Below are positions 46,961 to 61,904 of a stretch of DNA of 64,000 bases, one piece after another. The stretch lies in assembly GCA_973895155.1 (NCBI GenBank), contig OZ316895.1, positions 8,110,184 to 8,174,183 of the forward strand, given 5' to 3'. How positions within the stretch are numbered: position 1 is the stretch's first letter; each line of letters begins with the position of its first letter. The notes beneath the pieces are model-generated. The model was not told the DNA's origin. It was given only the letters and a program-made list of their open reading frames with translations, and did no database searches. This stretch comes from Marsupella aquatica. Lineage: Eukaryota; Plantae; Marchantiophyta. Made by a program: the position numbers and the translations under genes.

Positions 46961-49664
46961 GAAAAAAACAACTTTTTCCTTTTAGGGTCTTCTAAAGTTT
47001 GAATATGGGACTTTTAGGGCCCTAAAAGGAAAAAGTTGTACTTTCGAAGTCCAGTACTCATTGCTGTCAAGAAGCATAACGAGTGTCATAACGAATATCA
47101 TGTAAGTAGAACACATCTACTGTCAATCCAAGTCCTGCATTTTAGTACTTTGAAGTCCCCACTGACCAGAAGGTCGGTTGTTGAAACTCCCACTGACCCA
47201 TTTCCCAAAATTGAGGTTAATTGGAATATCTTGGTATTCACAAGTTCAGTTTTTATTATCAAGTGAAACAAAAGCCTGGATGGACCAAGACATTGTGCTT
47301 GCCCATCCCCATGGATTGCATAAAGTGATCATAGCTTTTACACTGAAAATAAAAAGGAACCGGGCGGCCATGGATTGCAGTTGATGAGTTTGAATACCTT
47401 GGGGAGAAAGTAGTCAAGATGTCATGGTGATCCTGAGTAATTGCATGATGTCTTTCAGGTTCAAGGTAGTCAAGTTGTCAAGTTACCAACGAAACTGGTT
47501 TAATTGGTAGTGTAATTGAAACCGACTGCAAACATTAAGGAGACAATTTACAGGTCACGTTTCAGTCAAAAATGTAAACATTGTTATCTGAGTCAATGTA
47601 AATGTTCTGAGCAAGTCCATCCAAGTTTGCCATTCCATTTGGGCTTCATAGCTAAAGTGGAGATACATCTGGGCTTTAGTTTCCCATCAAGTACTTGGAC
47701 AATGTTTTTCTTGATATAGTAGTTTAATACTTGTAACCCACTCGACCAGATTCCCCTTATTTATCTTTTCCTTGAAAACCTAAAGCAGACCCATCCAACA
47801 GAGGATAGACCTTTTGCATTTCTATGTAGGGTAGCCACAAGGGGACAATACCCAGGGATCCGACAGGACCCAGATTCCCCTTGTTTTTCTATCATGTAAA
47901 TTAGGCTACACTCTATGGAGTAGGTATTGGAGGGTAGACTTTCATGTAATTATTGCAGAGATCTTATACATTGGATTTAACCTAAATAATCTAAACCTGT
48001 AATACAGTAAGCTCAGGGCTGCCGTGCCCCACAAATGACCCGTAAACAATTTAATTGGAAAGTGCCTGAATGGCCTGGTCATCCGATTTCTGCTTAATTT
48101 TTTGGTGCCTTCTCATCTGACCCCACACTGAGCTTGCAACTATGCCACCACAATTTCTAAATTGGTCTTTTTGCTCATTATTGCCACAGCCGACCAGCTC
48201 CCTTCTGAACTTCTGCTTGCAAGCTTCTAGTCCTTCTTTTACCCCTGCCCCAAACCAGCTTGTTCAGCCCAGCACTAGTGCGCCTCCAAGCCATCCACAC
48301 CTAGACAACAACAATGACAACCCGAGTGACAACCCTTTGTGCAAAGTATGGGTATTGAGCTAGTGAGTTTAAAGTTGATTTTACTGTGCATCCCATGTTG
48401 GTCCCCAATAGAGCACGCACTTTTTTACATCTAAATGTGAATATGGTACAACAGAATAGTATTGTTTTGAGTGAAAGTAATGTTTAAAATGGTTCATAAA
48501 ATTTTCAATAGTCCAAGGATCTTATCAAACATAGTGGTCTCCGTAACTTCAACTTCATCCCTTTGCAGACGGTTGTAATGTGCTCCCAAAGTTTTTTAAA
48601 AAGTATTTTGTTGCATGAGTTTAGGATAGAGTTTATTTGTCTTGTTTTCATCGCTTTTCCACTTTTGGCTGGTGGTAGACGCATACCTTATCAAGTCTTA
48701 AAAGGAACCCAACTTTGCACGCCAGCCACCAGTTTAGTGACGTCCCTCATCTCCCCGTGATTTTTTTGTCTCTATAAAAAAAACTCATTCGAGGCAAATA
48801 CGGAACTTAACCAGTGGCAACTTTCTCTTAATGGCCTCCGCAAACTACAGGGTTTTGAGACCTCTCCTTTCCTCTCGAATGCGATCCTTAGAGAGCAATA
48901 CAAACCACCGGAAATTCCAGCATTCAAAGAAAGGAGATCAAAAGACCAGTCTGAATCGTTTGGCTTTGAGCTTCAGAAACACAGTTCTAGTTCTGGTTTA
49001 ATGGAAAGTGTGGCTTTTCATTGTCAAACTTCATAATTCTTTTCTGAGGGAAAAAAAAGGGTTCGCATTGAGCTTGTAAACTTGTGCTCAGTTAATGCAA
49101 AGAACGATCTTTTAATCGAGAAGATTCATTGCAAGAGAAAGGTTGTTGCTACTTCACGTTTAGTACTTCCATGGACACGAGGGAGTCCTAAAGACAGACA
49201 CTAAGCACATCAATCCTGTTTGAAACTCACGAACCTGACCGTGCAGTGCCTTCGTGGAGACAGACACTGGAGACTACGACAATGGAATCTGATGGTGGCG
49301 GAAATTGTCGGCCAGCAAGTTATATTTTACAATAGACATTTGTCTCATCCAGTCCAGACAATAAATGACACAATGGGCAGCTGGCTCTACTAAAGTGCTC
49401 CAGTTTTACATTTGTGCATTTCCAGCAAGCCTAGTTGAGACCCTTCAGTCCGGACCACAGTGAACGCCATTCGATTAATGAAAGGGTTCACTAAACCGGC
49501 ACAAAATTTGCATACTTTTGTCCCAACCTAGAATTTTTTCAACTGCATGAACCTTCACATCGACTCATCTGTACAAAGGAAACGCTGCTGCAACCCAGTA
49601 GCAATGCCCTTCAGGTGGTAGAAAACCCAAGAACCAGAGATCCATGTGCCAAGAAATGTAGCAA

Positions 49665-52600
49665 TCATTGAAACATCGTGACCCCGATACCTTTGGGGAG
49701 GTACGTTATCCATTCTGGAGGTGTTCCGCCGTGAATTTTCAGCGATCTATAAGTCTTGTAGTTTGGAGGAAGGTTGATGTCCTCCATTAACTTGGGCTCC
49801 TAGAATCAATCCAAGCAAATACATAAGTTAGAAACACAAGCTCAGAGAAAGAGCCATGATACAAAGTATCCAAAGTGTCCGACGTAAAGTTCCACGAAGT
49901 CTTAGACTGATCGTCTGCGTCACCTAGTTCCGCATGAAGACAGTAAGGTCTTTGTCTGAAATTCAAAAAATACCTTGGGCGCCTTCATGAGTGTCATGTG
50001 GGCCTCTTCCACGGTCTTGCTTGCTTTCCTCACATTACACGACGAGCATGCAGTAACCTGATTTGGTTTTGAGAAGGGATCACAGAATATTAGGAACTAA
50101 GAATGCGTAGGTAGAAGCATTAATTCGAAGAGAATGGATCGAATTCATTACGATTCGTACAAATGCCTTAATGATAAGATGGGAGATGCGACCAAGTAGA
50201 CCAGAGGAGAAAAACAAAGTTTCGAAAGATCTGAAATTTGTATCCCTCAGCAAAAGATAACTGATAATTACAATTTCTTGCGTCAACGAAACCTGATTCG
50301 TGCGTATCAAAAATGAAGTAGACATTTGCTGAGAACAATTGACTCAGACATCAGGCTCGCGTTTGCTTCTCCAAGACTTCAAGTTTGATATTTGAGCAGC
50401 AGTAGGTTAGGGTGGCAGTACTTTACTACTCTGTTTTTCCCCATATTCCCAGTTTGATGAAACCTTACCGCGTCACAAATTATAAGATGTAACTATCCCT
50501 TCCTCTATGACTCCCAAAATATCCACAACGTGGGAACCGTATGCGCCTGAAAGAAACTGAGGTGTCTAACTAGGATGTCTGTAAGAAGAGGCCGATCGAA
50601 TGATTACTTCTGGGTTTCTAAGCTAGGTACATTTAAACTTAATGTAAACCTCGACTCTTCATGTGAAACCTCTTTCATGTTTGCATTTTTCCCTGTTGAA
50701 TAATCAAAGAGCCTTCCAGTTCCACGACCGCCTGGTTTTGGTAATGTTCAACAGTAACATTGAACATAGGAACACCATGCAAACAATTAGCGTCACTCCT
50801 GGGAACACCCGTCATTATTTTGTCCCTTGTTCGCATCTTGACCACTAAACAGGAGGCAAGGATGAAAAAAAATCCACAACCCGGTTCCACTGGAAAATGC
50901 GGAAAACAGTTGAGACCCTGCAGCATTCTGCTCATGTTAAGATTTTTTCATCATTTATTAAATGCTAAGTCTTCTTAACGTTCCATGTAAACCATACACC
51001 ATATGCATTGCAAACAGAGTACTGGTCCACGAGTAACGTCAGGAAGCAGGAGGTTAACTTCTCTGCCTTAATGCTTTGATAAGACGAAGACATGCTATTG
51101 CCGTCCACGATCATCAGGGGAATATTTGAAAGGTAGCTTCAGGTTTTCCGATGAGTCTGATTATGGCTGCAACACTCTGTTCAAATAATGTCAGCATCCT
51201 TTGACCTTCGTTGGTTTTCCATCTAACTAAATCCCTGGAGGACAGTTCTGCTTTGCAACAAGAATGCGCGTCCTATACGATGCATTACTATGCTACAGCT
51301 TCCCAAGGTCTGTAGAACCCCATGATCTTCAGTACCTAACAAGGGCCCCTGCCAACATGGGCTGGACTAACTGTCCATATAAGCCCCTACTCAAGATCAC
51401 CATCACAACCATTTGTTCATCAATTATGTCCTAAGTGACGATGTATCACACTCTGCTATCCAAATTCCTCTAATAGGGGCTCGATGAAACATACGGTACG
51501 ACAAATGCCTCCGACAGGTATAGGGTTCCAAAGATTCCAACAATAAACATTCCTTACCAGGTATTGCAGCTGCTTTCCTAGCCGCAACTATACAAACTTC
51601 GAGATTTTAGCCCTTGGATTTGATTCAGCGTTGACTATTTCGTTAGCCTCATGTCTTCGATACCAGTCATCTCAAGACGAGGAGCCTACTTATTGAGAAG
51701 ACTCGGTCTCAAATTTACGACCTAAGAGCTGACTAAACAGGTGAGACTTGGAATACATTGTACCACATTTAAGACAGGAAGATTACTCACCTGAACAGTT
51801 TCCTCAGCTCTGCAGTTTTTACTTAGAAGCCTACATGAAGAATACACGTAACTGAGCAATAGATAAACACTGGAAGTACCGGCAGGACCAAAAATACTTA
51901 CAAGATTTTCCCACGTCCAACCACCTCCTTTCGAAGCCGCATAGACATGATCAATGGTGAGGTTGTTGTCAGAGTTGCAATACCTGCCCCACAATATAGT
52001 TGTTAGGCAAAACAAAACTTACTGGCACACAAAGGGATAACTCTGATGAACAAGGCGATGCCGAGCATCAGATCAAGTTCTCAGCTCCTGCAGTCCCCAG
52101 GAGAAACTGACGGGACGTAGGAATGTGTCTTTTCCTCTATCCTATCGTTCCGGACATATTAAAACGCAATGAATGGAAGCAATACTTTCAGCAAAGGCAG
52201 TCCAGCTACTTACTGGCACCTATACTTGTCCCGCATAAATATATTTTTACGGTTCAGAGTAATCCTCATGTGCCTATGCCTGGAACCACGGATAACAGAA
52301 TTCACCTGTACCAAACGAAAACAGAGTAAATTTAGTGAGCATCACGAAATTAATAAATTCGATCTCTAACATCAGAGGTAAGGTTGGACAACACTGAAAG
52401 CCACATAGTATCTAAGAAGCTGAGTGCGAATCCTGAATTGATTAAGATGACGTCTTCTTAAGGAGTATGGACGGCTATCGAACGACCAAAACGAATGAGA
52501 GTCACAATCCTCCAGTTTGAAATTACATGCTGAAAAGGATGTTGATTTGCTGGTTCTCATGGAATCAAGCGTGGCCCAAAACGAATCACCTTGAGGACGG

Positions 52601-53827
52601 CGGGAATGAAGAACATTCTGTTGGGAGAATAAATGACTTGGTCATAGTACTCCAGCACCTCAGCCTGCGCCAGAATACAGGCTTTAATCTCGAAAGTAAG
52701 GCAGTTGCAGGGTTTCGTTACCAGAATTAACAGACAAGGGGACCAAAAATACCTCCAGTTGCTAAATAAGTAGTTCGAGCAAATTGCATTTGGAAAGACA
52801 GCTCGCCACAACAACTGATTAACCAACTTTTCAGAGCTAATACGAGCGAAAGACGACTCAGAATCTCTTATGCTCACTCCTGAACGGGGATCCGGAAGAG
52901 TAGCGGGACAACTAACGCTTGTTAACCTTTTCGAGGATGTCAAGACACAGCGCCCGTTTCCAGTTTATCACATTGATTGGCCTGCTCCACAAACAACAAA
53001 GAAAACAAACGAAACAAATAATCACTTCCTCCAACTACATTTTAAAAAACCAGCCACAGAACCGCAATTCGACAATGGAGAAGGCAAATTCACTCCCACT
53101 TACGTTCACAAGGTAAATAATGTACTTATGCATTTCAAAGCGATCCATCAAAAGACATCAAACACTGCCTTTCGTCCATGACGAGTTGGCCAAATCTCTA
53201 CCCTACCTATGGTTAGCAGCAATATCCACTGCTCAATTCTACTTTCATGTAACTTTTCAAGGTCAGTAGGTTTCAGGAAGTGTTAAGGAGCAGCTCGATA
53301 AGCTTGCAGAACTTAATATTGACGATCAAGACTTGCCAACAAAAGGTTGGAGACCTGATCATCCCCCTTGGAAAATGGATCCATTAGGACAGCTTATAAA
53401 CACTATACAAAGACAGTCCGCACCTGTATGCGAGATCGAGCACTAATCCTCTGCAGGACTGCAATTCGTCATCGTCATCCACATCGATTTCCGCCTCGTC
53501 ATCATCCATCATATCCATATCGGATGCAGGAGAAGCTGTAGATTGGCTCGACACGCTGCCAGGTTCCGTTGGAGACTTTACGATGCCTATTTCATTAGCA
53601 TCAATCGATTTACTCTTTGCTGTCTTTCCGGTGTTCATATTCATTTTGCTCCCAAAACTCCTCAGCCTGCATCCAATAGACTGATTGCTGTTGCGTCGAC
53701 GAATTTCCGATCCTCTACAAAGTAACAGGAACGAACCAGAGGGGGGTAATAATTGAAGGCAGTGGTAATTGCGGCCATGAAGAAACGTCTGTTCCGGCAT
53801 CAGCTTGTAAGGCCCCGCATTCACCAT
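49665..53827 (-). CDS. HNH (McrA-like) endonuclease domain protein, 7 exons, ~308 aa, possibly plastid-targeted
   Basis: Exons 53827-53424, 52981-52927, 52664-52590, 52305-52214, 51983-51902, 50057-49974 and 49799-49665, all GT-AG and in phase. Product: GLVLDLAYRPINVINWKRA...PAVLK...LNRKNIFMRDKYRCQYC...LTIDHV...GGGWTWENLVTACSSCNVRK. Start codon uncertain. Confidence 0.93.
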
Positions 53828-56800
53828 TGGATTAGGTTGTATTATCGCTTGACAAGTCCTCAACCACTGAAGCTTTCCGTTCCACTATTTCGAAAGTTTC
53901 GTTTTGTCCTCTAAACCTGTCGTTGAGGACTTCCAGTTCTCTGACCAATTTCCCTTAGCGATAACCGAACTTAGAATTCGAATCACCACTACTACTACGG
54001 GCAGTAAAGCTCCCAGAATTGCGGATCTTTAAGCCTCAACAGAACCGCCTCTGGTTTCTCCGCGTGTCCCAACCAATGGTCACCTAGTAATCGAGCGCAC
54101 AATCGCTACAAGGCCATACAAGCCTGCCTGGATACTCAATTGTTACACGAGCATGAGTGTTGAGAAGGGAGACCGGACGCCTTGACACTTCAGTACAAAG
54201 TTAGCTCCTCCCCCCAATTGCACGCATTGCTGGGTGCAAGTGAGAGAGAGGGCCGCCGCCCGGGCCACGAACGCTAACGCAGACAGATCAACAGAGAAGA
54301 TCTAGAGCTCCTACCACCGTGTAATTACCAAAGGCTCTAGTCCGTCACAGCCTGAGCCTCCGACCTTCACCCCTTGGGGTCACAGACCGAGAATTTCAAG
54401 TGTTATTGCAGCAAAACGAGGTCGCCACCAGGGTATCTGTACCTCGAAATCAAGGTCATATTATAGCCTCACTCGTGACCTCTCCATGAGGAACCCCGGC
54501 AAGCAGGATACTATTCGTTGTTGCTAATTTGAGAATTGCTATCGACCGCACCGAAACCGAACAGGGCAATTGAACACCGAAGTACGAGAGAGAAGGTACA
54601 ACTCCCTTCTGTCCAAAACGCAAGAATGATTTGAATATCTCCGGTAATAGAGTGTGGGACTTCACCAACCTCCTCTCCCACAAAACGGCACCGAAGATAC
54701 TTGATGAACAAGTTGAAAGAACCAGCGAACCAAGGCGAAAGAAGGTCAGTGCAACAGAGTCGAATTGTGGTCCAGAACGGGCACGAGACTTGAAAGCACA
54801 CACGAGCTTCTTTAAGATTACGGTTCAAATTCCCCAAGACAAAAGCACGAACCACAATAAAATTAAACTCAAGATTTGCAAAGAAAGCATGACCAATTGA
54901 AAAATGAAACTGTCACAAGAGATCCAATCCCACCACACCTCAAAGGCTCAAACTTCCGCAAGGCCAGAGACCTCTCTGGTGCAAAAGATATTATCAACCA
55001 CTGTATACTACACAACTCCTCCACGCTGATCACAAATTGATGAAACTTTTAGCTCAGTTGTGCCAAACGCAAGATCGAATCTGTCATCTTTGCACCTTTC
55101 CACCCCTTCCTCTACAGGAGACTTTTGCTCCCGTCGGCCTAGTGCGGAATTAATTTTCTTCCCACAACAAGTAAAGCACATCGAACGAACAAATCGTACC
55201 AAAAGCTCGAGCGACCTTGCAATTTTTCTGTTCCTACATTACTCGTACTTTCTTCGACACCATCGATCGCCACGGAATCTTCACGAAATGGTCCACTATG
55301 GACCTTACGATGGACGAGATCGACGGCCAAAATAAGATACCGTAATTCACATGAGTGAATGATTACAATGGCTTTCTTCCTCCTTTGCCGAGAGGGTCGT
55401 AAACCCGCTCGAAACTGAGTTGTCGGATAGCTATCTGCACCGTTCGTTTTGATACTAGAACGGCTGGGATCGCTACATGCAGTTCATTCTGCTCCTGTCA
55501 GGCTGCTTTTTTGTACATTGTAAAAGGACCTTAACTTACGCCTAATTACTATTACAGAGTACAGTTAGAGCAGTAATTCTCCTTTCCTCGAGTAGCCAAG
55601 ACTCTAGAAAAAACGAGTGGAATAAACACTGCTCAAGTAGCATAGTATTATCTAAGCCATGATTTATATGTGTATGTATTAATAGACTGTTTACAGGATA
55701 TTGTGTGATATAATGCACCAAACAATGAGAACTTCAGCTCGAGTTTTGAGGGGCTATTATTACTACAGTGGTGTGGAATCAGGATCTTAACACACTTAAA
55801 GGTCGAAGAGAATTTTATTTTCACTAATCAGTAAAAGGAGAGGAGAATCTATTTGAAGAGGTGTTCCAAAGACTTCAGGGGGCATTCTTCTCCAACAGGC
55901 ACTGAAAATATATAATGGGAAAAAGTGAAAGAATAGAACAAAAATGTAACCATCGGACATGCAAGGTAAGTAACCCTCTTGCACTAACAGCCCTTGGGAG
56001 TTCACAGCCCATATGCTCGTTGAGGGCATGGGTTACCTTATACTCTTCCATCTGGGCTTAATAGTTTCCTGATGGGTGGTTTGGATAATTAATTTATTGC
56101 TCAATCAAAAGTTTAAAAATATTTACATGGAGGCCCAGGACAAGCAGCTGTGCAACCTGACGCAAGTCTGTAGCAGGGCTAACCATCAAAATTTATCAAA
56201 ATACTTAGGTTGGTCTTCTCTGTTAGCCCAAACATGAACAAAGGTGAACAGCACTTGAGAATGTTCAATTTATATATGGCAGTGTGAACAAGCAAAATGG
56301 GAGAAAAGATCCCGGAGACCCAATAAAGGAGAGAACAAAGGGAAAACCCTGGGAAGAGCAAAGAGCCCCTAAAGCTAGAAAAAAACTGAGCTGTAAAAGA
56401 ACTCAATCTTTATTTAGCAGCAAACGGAAAAGCTTAGTACAGCTCCAGAGCAAAGGGGAAGAAAATGAACAAGCAAAATTTGCAATAGAGACCCTACAAG
56501 TATGACAATCTACACCGTCCAAGTATTAACTGTTTTGTAAAATTTCGCGTCAAAGCAGGGGAGAAAAAAGAGCTCCTCGCATATACTTTTGTGCCTCGGA
56601 TCAGAATCGGCCGTTCTGGTATCGACTGCGCGAATGCTTTTACCGTAGATGAGACTTGCGCACAATTTCCCAAACCAAAATGGCGTCAGCATGGCCAATG
56701 GAACCCTTCCCCTTCGAGTAATGCTGCTGTTCTCTACGCTGTCTGCTTCCTCCACTCAGCATGGACTGGACGAGAAGACTCGACGCCTCTCAGACGTGTC

Positions 56801-59443
56801 ACAATCCAGTTGCGTCGGACTGAATGCAAGCGTTAGAAACCGCACGTGTCTCGTGGAGATTTGTTGAATGACAAAACTTGAAAGGCGAAAATCCCGCATA
56901 CTGCGGAGGAAACTCATCACAATAATACGGACAAGAATCGTGAAAGTTCTCGAGTAGAAAATGGTTTCGCTTGTGGAGTTGGTCTGATTAATTGGACGTC
57001 AATCATTTGTGGGCCGTCGATTGCGAAGTTGCTATGGTACTTCTGCATACCATTTTCTTTCCTTTGGTTTTGGTTGATTGCTTTGAACTTTTTTTCCAGG
57101 TTTTATTGTTGTGCTTTGTTGTCAGCTCTTGTTCATGACTATCTTCTCTTCTTAAAGAACTGATTCGAATATGCGAGGGAACGATTCGAGAGGACGTTGT
57201 CCCAAAAGTTTAAGTACAACCACTTCATTCCTGCATTTGTCAGCTACACAATGTGCACCAGCTTGTTAGCAAGAACTACGATCTCCTGCACGATGTTGTG
57301 GTTCTCCTGAGGTAGAGTAGAGTTGGATCTAATCAACTGAATCAGTTTGTATATCGAAGTAAGTATGGCACGATGGCCGGTGAAGTTCGATGTTTTCATG
57401 TGCTCTGAAAGTTCCTATAGTTACTGCCCCACTTCTCTGATTTGCAATTCTGGGGTATTCAGAGCCATTATCAGTTGTTAGTCCAATGGCTTGCTTTAAA
57501 CCTACTGGCTTCAAATTCGGACATCCATTCATTTGTTTGCAATAGATTAATAACTCGATTTGAGGTGGTTCTAGCCTAATTTTGTAGATCCCACGAAATT
57601 GAAGCGAAGTGCAAAACTTATAACTTTTGAAGGTACCTGCAAACTTGTCATGAATATTAATTGGTGTCTGTCTCTCCATGTTTCTAATTTTATGGTTTCA
57701 ACATTAGATAGATCTGGAGCAGTCCACAAGTAAAACTCCCATGCGACCAACAGATAATCTAGTAGAGCTGATCCATTGACATTCTAAAACGAACTCCGGA
57801 AATCAGCTCTTCATCGAAACAACACGATTAAGAACTAAGTTCAAAACTGGCAACTGAGAGGTGGCGTGGACCACCCTGGAACATGCATCCATGTTATCCG
57901 TAATTGGCACTGCTAAGGTAAACTCAGCTATATTTGAAATGCCTTGGCACGAGGAACGTGTAAAGAAAAACCTCCGCTACAAACAGACTGGGGACGCTTA
58001 GATAGTTGATAGGAGTCCCTACTTAGGTAACCGTAATTTGTAAGGGAGCTTGCATCAGGCCTACGTTCCAGTAACTCTGTCTCACTGGAGATCACCCTAA
58101 TCTGTAGATGTGTCTCTCGTGAAGCTGGAGAAGATGTTTGGTAACTTGAGAAGACCTTTGGAAAAGGGGGTTGAGAATCAGTTTACCAGTTTATCTCATG
58201 CTCAGCTCCTAACTCTTGCCAGTCCTTAGACGCAGCAGGTCCCATAGCCTGATGGAATTGCACTATACTCCAAATCTCAATCGACATGGCCATGAATGAT
58301 GTAGACCACCAAAAGAGACTTGAGGATATTGTCTGGAACAAAAATGGTACATAAACTATGACCCGAACCATGATTCGCCTAAATAGAACTCATGATTGAG
58401 CCATGCAGTGGTTAGAACAGGTCCTTTTGCAGTCATCTGAGCCACATGAATGCTGCCGCACCCATAATGCTTGGCCCTGTCCATTGAAGGAAAATGCATT
58501 GTATTACGGGAAATTGGTTAAGTAGCGAAAAGTTTTCTGAAAAAAGGAAACAAGGACATGAAGCGTCAAGCGTTGGTCATTCATGTGGAAGAATCCGTCT
58601 TTTGGATTCTGGAAAGGAAGCTATTCTAAACTTGACTTCCCGAGCTGCATAAGCATGTTACAAATTCCGTAACTCGTGTAAAGATGTCAAAACATCGGTT
58701 TTTTATTCCAAAGAGAACAACGACTGAATGTCGAGGGCCTGACTAGATGCTCATCAGCACTGGAAATGTAGTGCCGAGATATTGGCTCCCAAACTAATTC
58801 TACCGATGAGAGCGGGCTCAATTTGACTGCCTTTTGCATTCCTCCCTTTTCCTCAATCAGTGGCACATTTCATAATTCTAGTCAAACCATGCAAAAGTAG
58901 TACCCCAGATTATTTGTCAATCATTACTTCTATGCAGGGTCATACGTATACATAAGACAAGAATGATCTCTATGGACAGTCTACGTAAATCAGTACGATT
59001 CTCCAGGATAGAATTGCACACCCACGAATGACTGGGTTGTCGAAGTGATACCCACATTCCTTGTCCAATGCCAGTTGTGTTAACTAGATTCTAGAGGTGG
59101 CCAGGCAGATGGTAAGACCGGGGAGTCAGGTACCTGATGGACAGCGTCCCGCAGATGGCACTTATTCGGACGACGCCCCGACTTTGTACCCAGATCCAGA
59201 AGTCATCGTCAGTAACCATCTAGTAAACGGGCAATGTGATCTCTTTGCCTTATAAGGTCCTCAGTAGCCCTCGTGCAAATAAGCATGATTTACACCAGGC
59301 TCCAGATGTGTTCTCTTTCCAGAAGTCTTCCTCAGCAACCATCTTGCAACCAATGAGTAGTGACATACTCATGAGCTTGTTGACTAGGTATATCATAGCC
59401 TTGCATCCCCATTTTAAAAACAATTCCATGCCAGCCATTAGTG

Positions 59444-60115
59444 CTAACCCTTTAGCCACATCCAAACTGCAACTACGATAATAATTGTCAAAATCATGCC
59501 AACATAAGATATCCACTTGTCCATGCGAAGCCGCCGCTCTATGACTCTCAGCACAGAGTTTGACAGCCCCACGGTATTCAACACATCCAACGCCTTGCGC
59601 TGTGCTGCTTTTAGTCGATCCCGCTGCTCGGAATACTTCGCCAGTACCGCCGTCCCCGTGGCGAACGCATCGTCCAGCATCCTCGATGAATTCTGCGCCG
59701 ATTGCATGACCTGAGCCTCTTCATCATAAACTTGCAAAATGCTGGCGGAATCCCCATTCAACCTCTTTAACAGCTCTTCCCTATCCTGTGCCTCAACCTG
59801 CCGACGACGCTGACGAACCAAATACTTCTCCAAGCTTAACTTCAGGGAGTTAGATTCTTCAGCCACTTGTTCCACTTTGCGTTTCCACAGCCCCCTCTGT
59901 GATGTTGGAATCTGCTGATGCCAAAGCCGCTCCATCTCTAATGTCCCATTCTGTAGCTGAGCCAGATCTTGCTGTACCCCTTGTGCCAGATCCGCCCCAG
60001 CTGTCCCGCCAGTGTTTTCCAGTCGCTCCAAGCGTTCCAACCCATCCCTCACTCTAAGCAAGCAATGTCGTGAGTGCTGGTACAAATCAGAGAGCGTCAC
60101 CATAGGAGCAGCCAT
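59444..60115 (-). CDS. Membrin/GOSR2/Bos1-type Golgi Qb-SNARE, 223 aa
   Basis: LWKRKVEQVAEE, QRDRLKAAQRKALDVLNTVGLSNSVLRVIERR, and C-terminal TM helix WISYVGMILTIIIVVAVWMW; single coding exon from ATG 60115. Confidence 0.95.
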   Translation of the reverse strand: MAAPMVTLSDLYQHSRHCLLRVRDGLERLERLENTGGTAGADLAQGVQQDLAQLQNGTLEMERLWHQQIPTSQRGLWKRKVEQVAEESNSLKLSLEKYLVRQRRRQVEAQDREELLKRLNGDSASILQVYDEEAQVMQSAQNSSRMLDDAFATGTAVLAKYSEQRDRLKAAQRKALDVLNTVGLSNSVLRVIERRLRMDKWISYVGMILTIIIVVAVWMWLKG

Positions 60116-61904
60116 ATTGATCTGTGACCTCTGCTCCACTACAGAAATTCCAAACGGATTTTGAAACGAATTACCCTTCTTCGCATCCCACGCTCTTTGC
60201 CCCTCACCTTAGAATCCCTTTCCTAGTTTGGAGAGGACCCAATGAGACAAACGATGCAAATCTGCACACAACTCGAACTATGGGCATGCAGTGCAAAGCA
60301 AGTGGGACTTTCTCAGGCAGAATTGGAAAATTCCCGAAACGAGGTCCATTTGCCTTCGCACTCCCATTCGTAATATGATTTTGCAAACCCTCTTCGATTA
60401 GATCTGAGTAGCTACAACTTTCGAGACTGGTTTACAACGGATCCAGCGCTCTCCTCAACTAGACAATGCGCGATTCTCTATCTTCTCCACAACGATGTGT
60501 TCGCAGTTAACATCGTAGAGGTGCGGTACGTGGTTGCCCCAATCCAAACCTTTGGCTACAAAGAGAGTTGAGCTTCTCTTCTGAAATTTACGAACAGAGT
60601 GAGAACGACAGTCGTCACTTGAGCGCTCTCACCCTCTGCTAAGATGTTACTGAGAAGCTCAGACGTAGGGAGAAATTTGCCCTGTTGAGGTCTTAATTTG
60701 CTTCGATACCGACTTACTGTTGAATGATGCGGTGGTATTTCCAGTTACCCTAATTTCCTCAGTAGTCAAACCTGCAAAACGATTCCATTGTGAGTAAAAA
60801 ATGTTTGAAGTTACGTCAGCAATCAAAGACTTTTCTAACACGACACAAGGACAGGACAATTACACAGCGTGAAGAATTAATCAGATCAACGTCAAGACTG
60901 TCATTCTTAAACAACCTGATGTTCCGACACAATGCCGAAGAGAGCCAAGACCCAAAGGATAAAGACACAGAAAGCAGAAGAAAATCCTTGATTTAAAAGA
61001 AATCCAAAAACTACATTCCTACAACACAAAGAGCAGACAAACCCAACCCGCATTCATAGAGATCTACCGCCAGAACAGGAAGAAGACCATACACCAACCG
61101 ACGAAAACAAACTCCTCGTACTGGATTCCGCCCTGAATGGAATGTGTTTAAGGGAGCTCTGAAGACAACTCATTGGATCTAAACCTACAGTAGACTGGGA
61201 TGCATCAGGACGACGAGGGGCACATAACAATTGAAGAAAATCGACCCCCTCACGAATGTCATTCAGAACAAAAGTAAGATACGCTGAAATGAGTCAGGTG
61301 GGCTCTTTCAGGATGCGGAAGACTACTCAAGCAAACCTCCTCTTACAACCTAGACAGCAATCCTTGGCCACCTGACCAATTAGAGGCAACCAGGCCTAAA
61401 CAGCAACGACAAAGCTCAGATCCGAGAAGCTCTGTCAAAGCGCCTGGTAAGACGAACTTCTCCAAGGCAAGGACACGACACGAAGCGAGGGTTCCCGACA
61501 TTACCTATCAAACCAACGTACTCGTCGCGCATACGCTCATCAGGGGTAGCAAGCTGTGATTGGGGCCGGCCGCAGATTCAGCAAACTCCGTGAAGGGTGT
61601 GGAGATCCGGCAGGAGATCGAATTCGAGAAAATCAATGGTGAGAAGCACAGATCAGTCCGATTGTGGCGCAAAAGACTACTTTGCCTTGATGAGGCAGTG
61701 TGCATTACGTCCCAGCCGTGCGACTTACATAATACAGGGTGCGGGACAGCAGTTTGAATGAGCTTCAAAGCAAAGCCAGAGCTCTCATCACTACCAGGAA
61801 CGAGATCGGATGAGTGTGTGGGAGCTGCCTTTGCGTTCACGAGTTCGTTGCTTTGGTCGCTTCCCGAGTTGGGTTCCAACTTGGAACTTGCGAGGAGATT
61901 GTTC

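Noticed and set aside
54400-58400. Assorted 60-116 aa ORFs between the HNH and membrin genes
   Set aside because: No recognisable domain or consistent exon chain; a short or divergent gene cannot be excluded.
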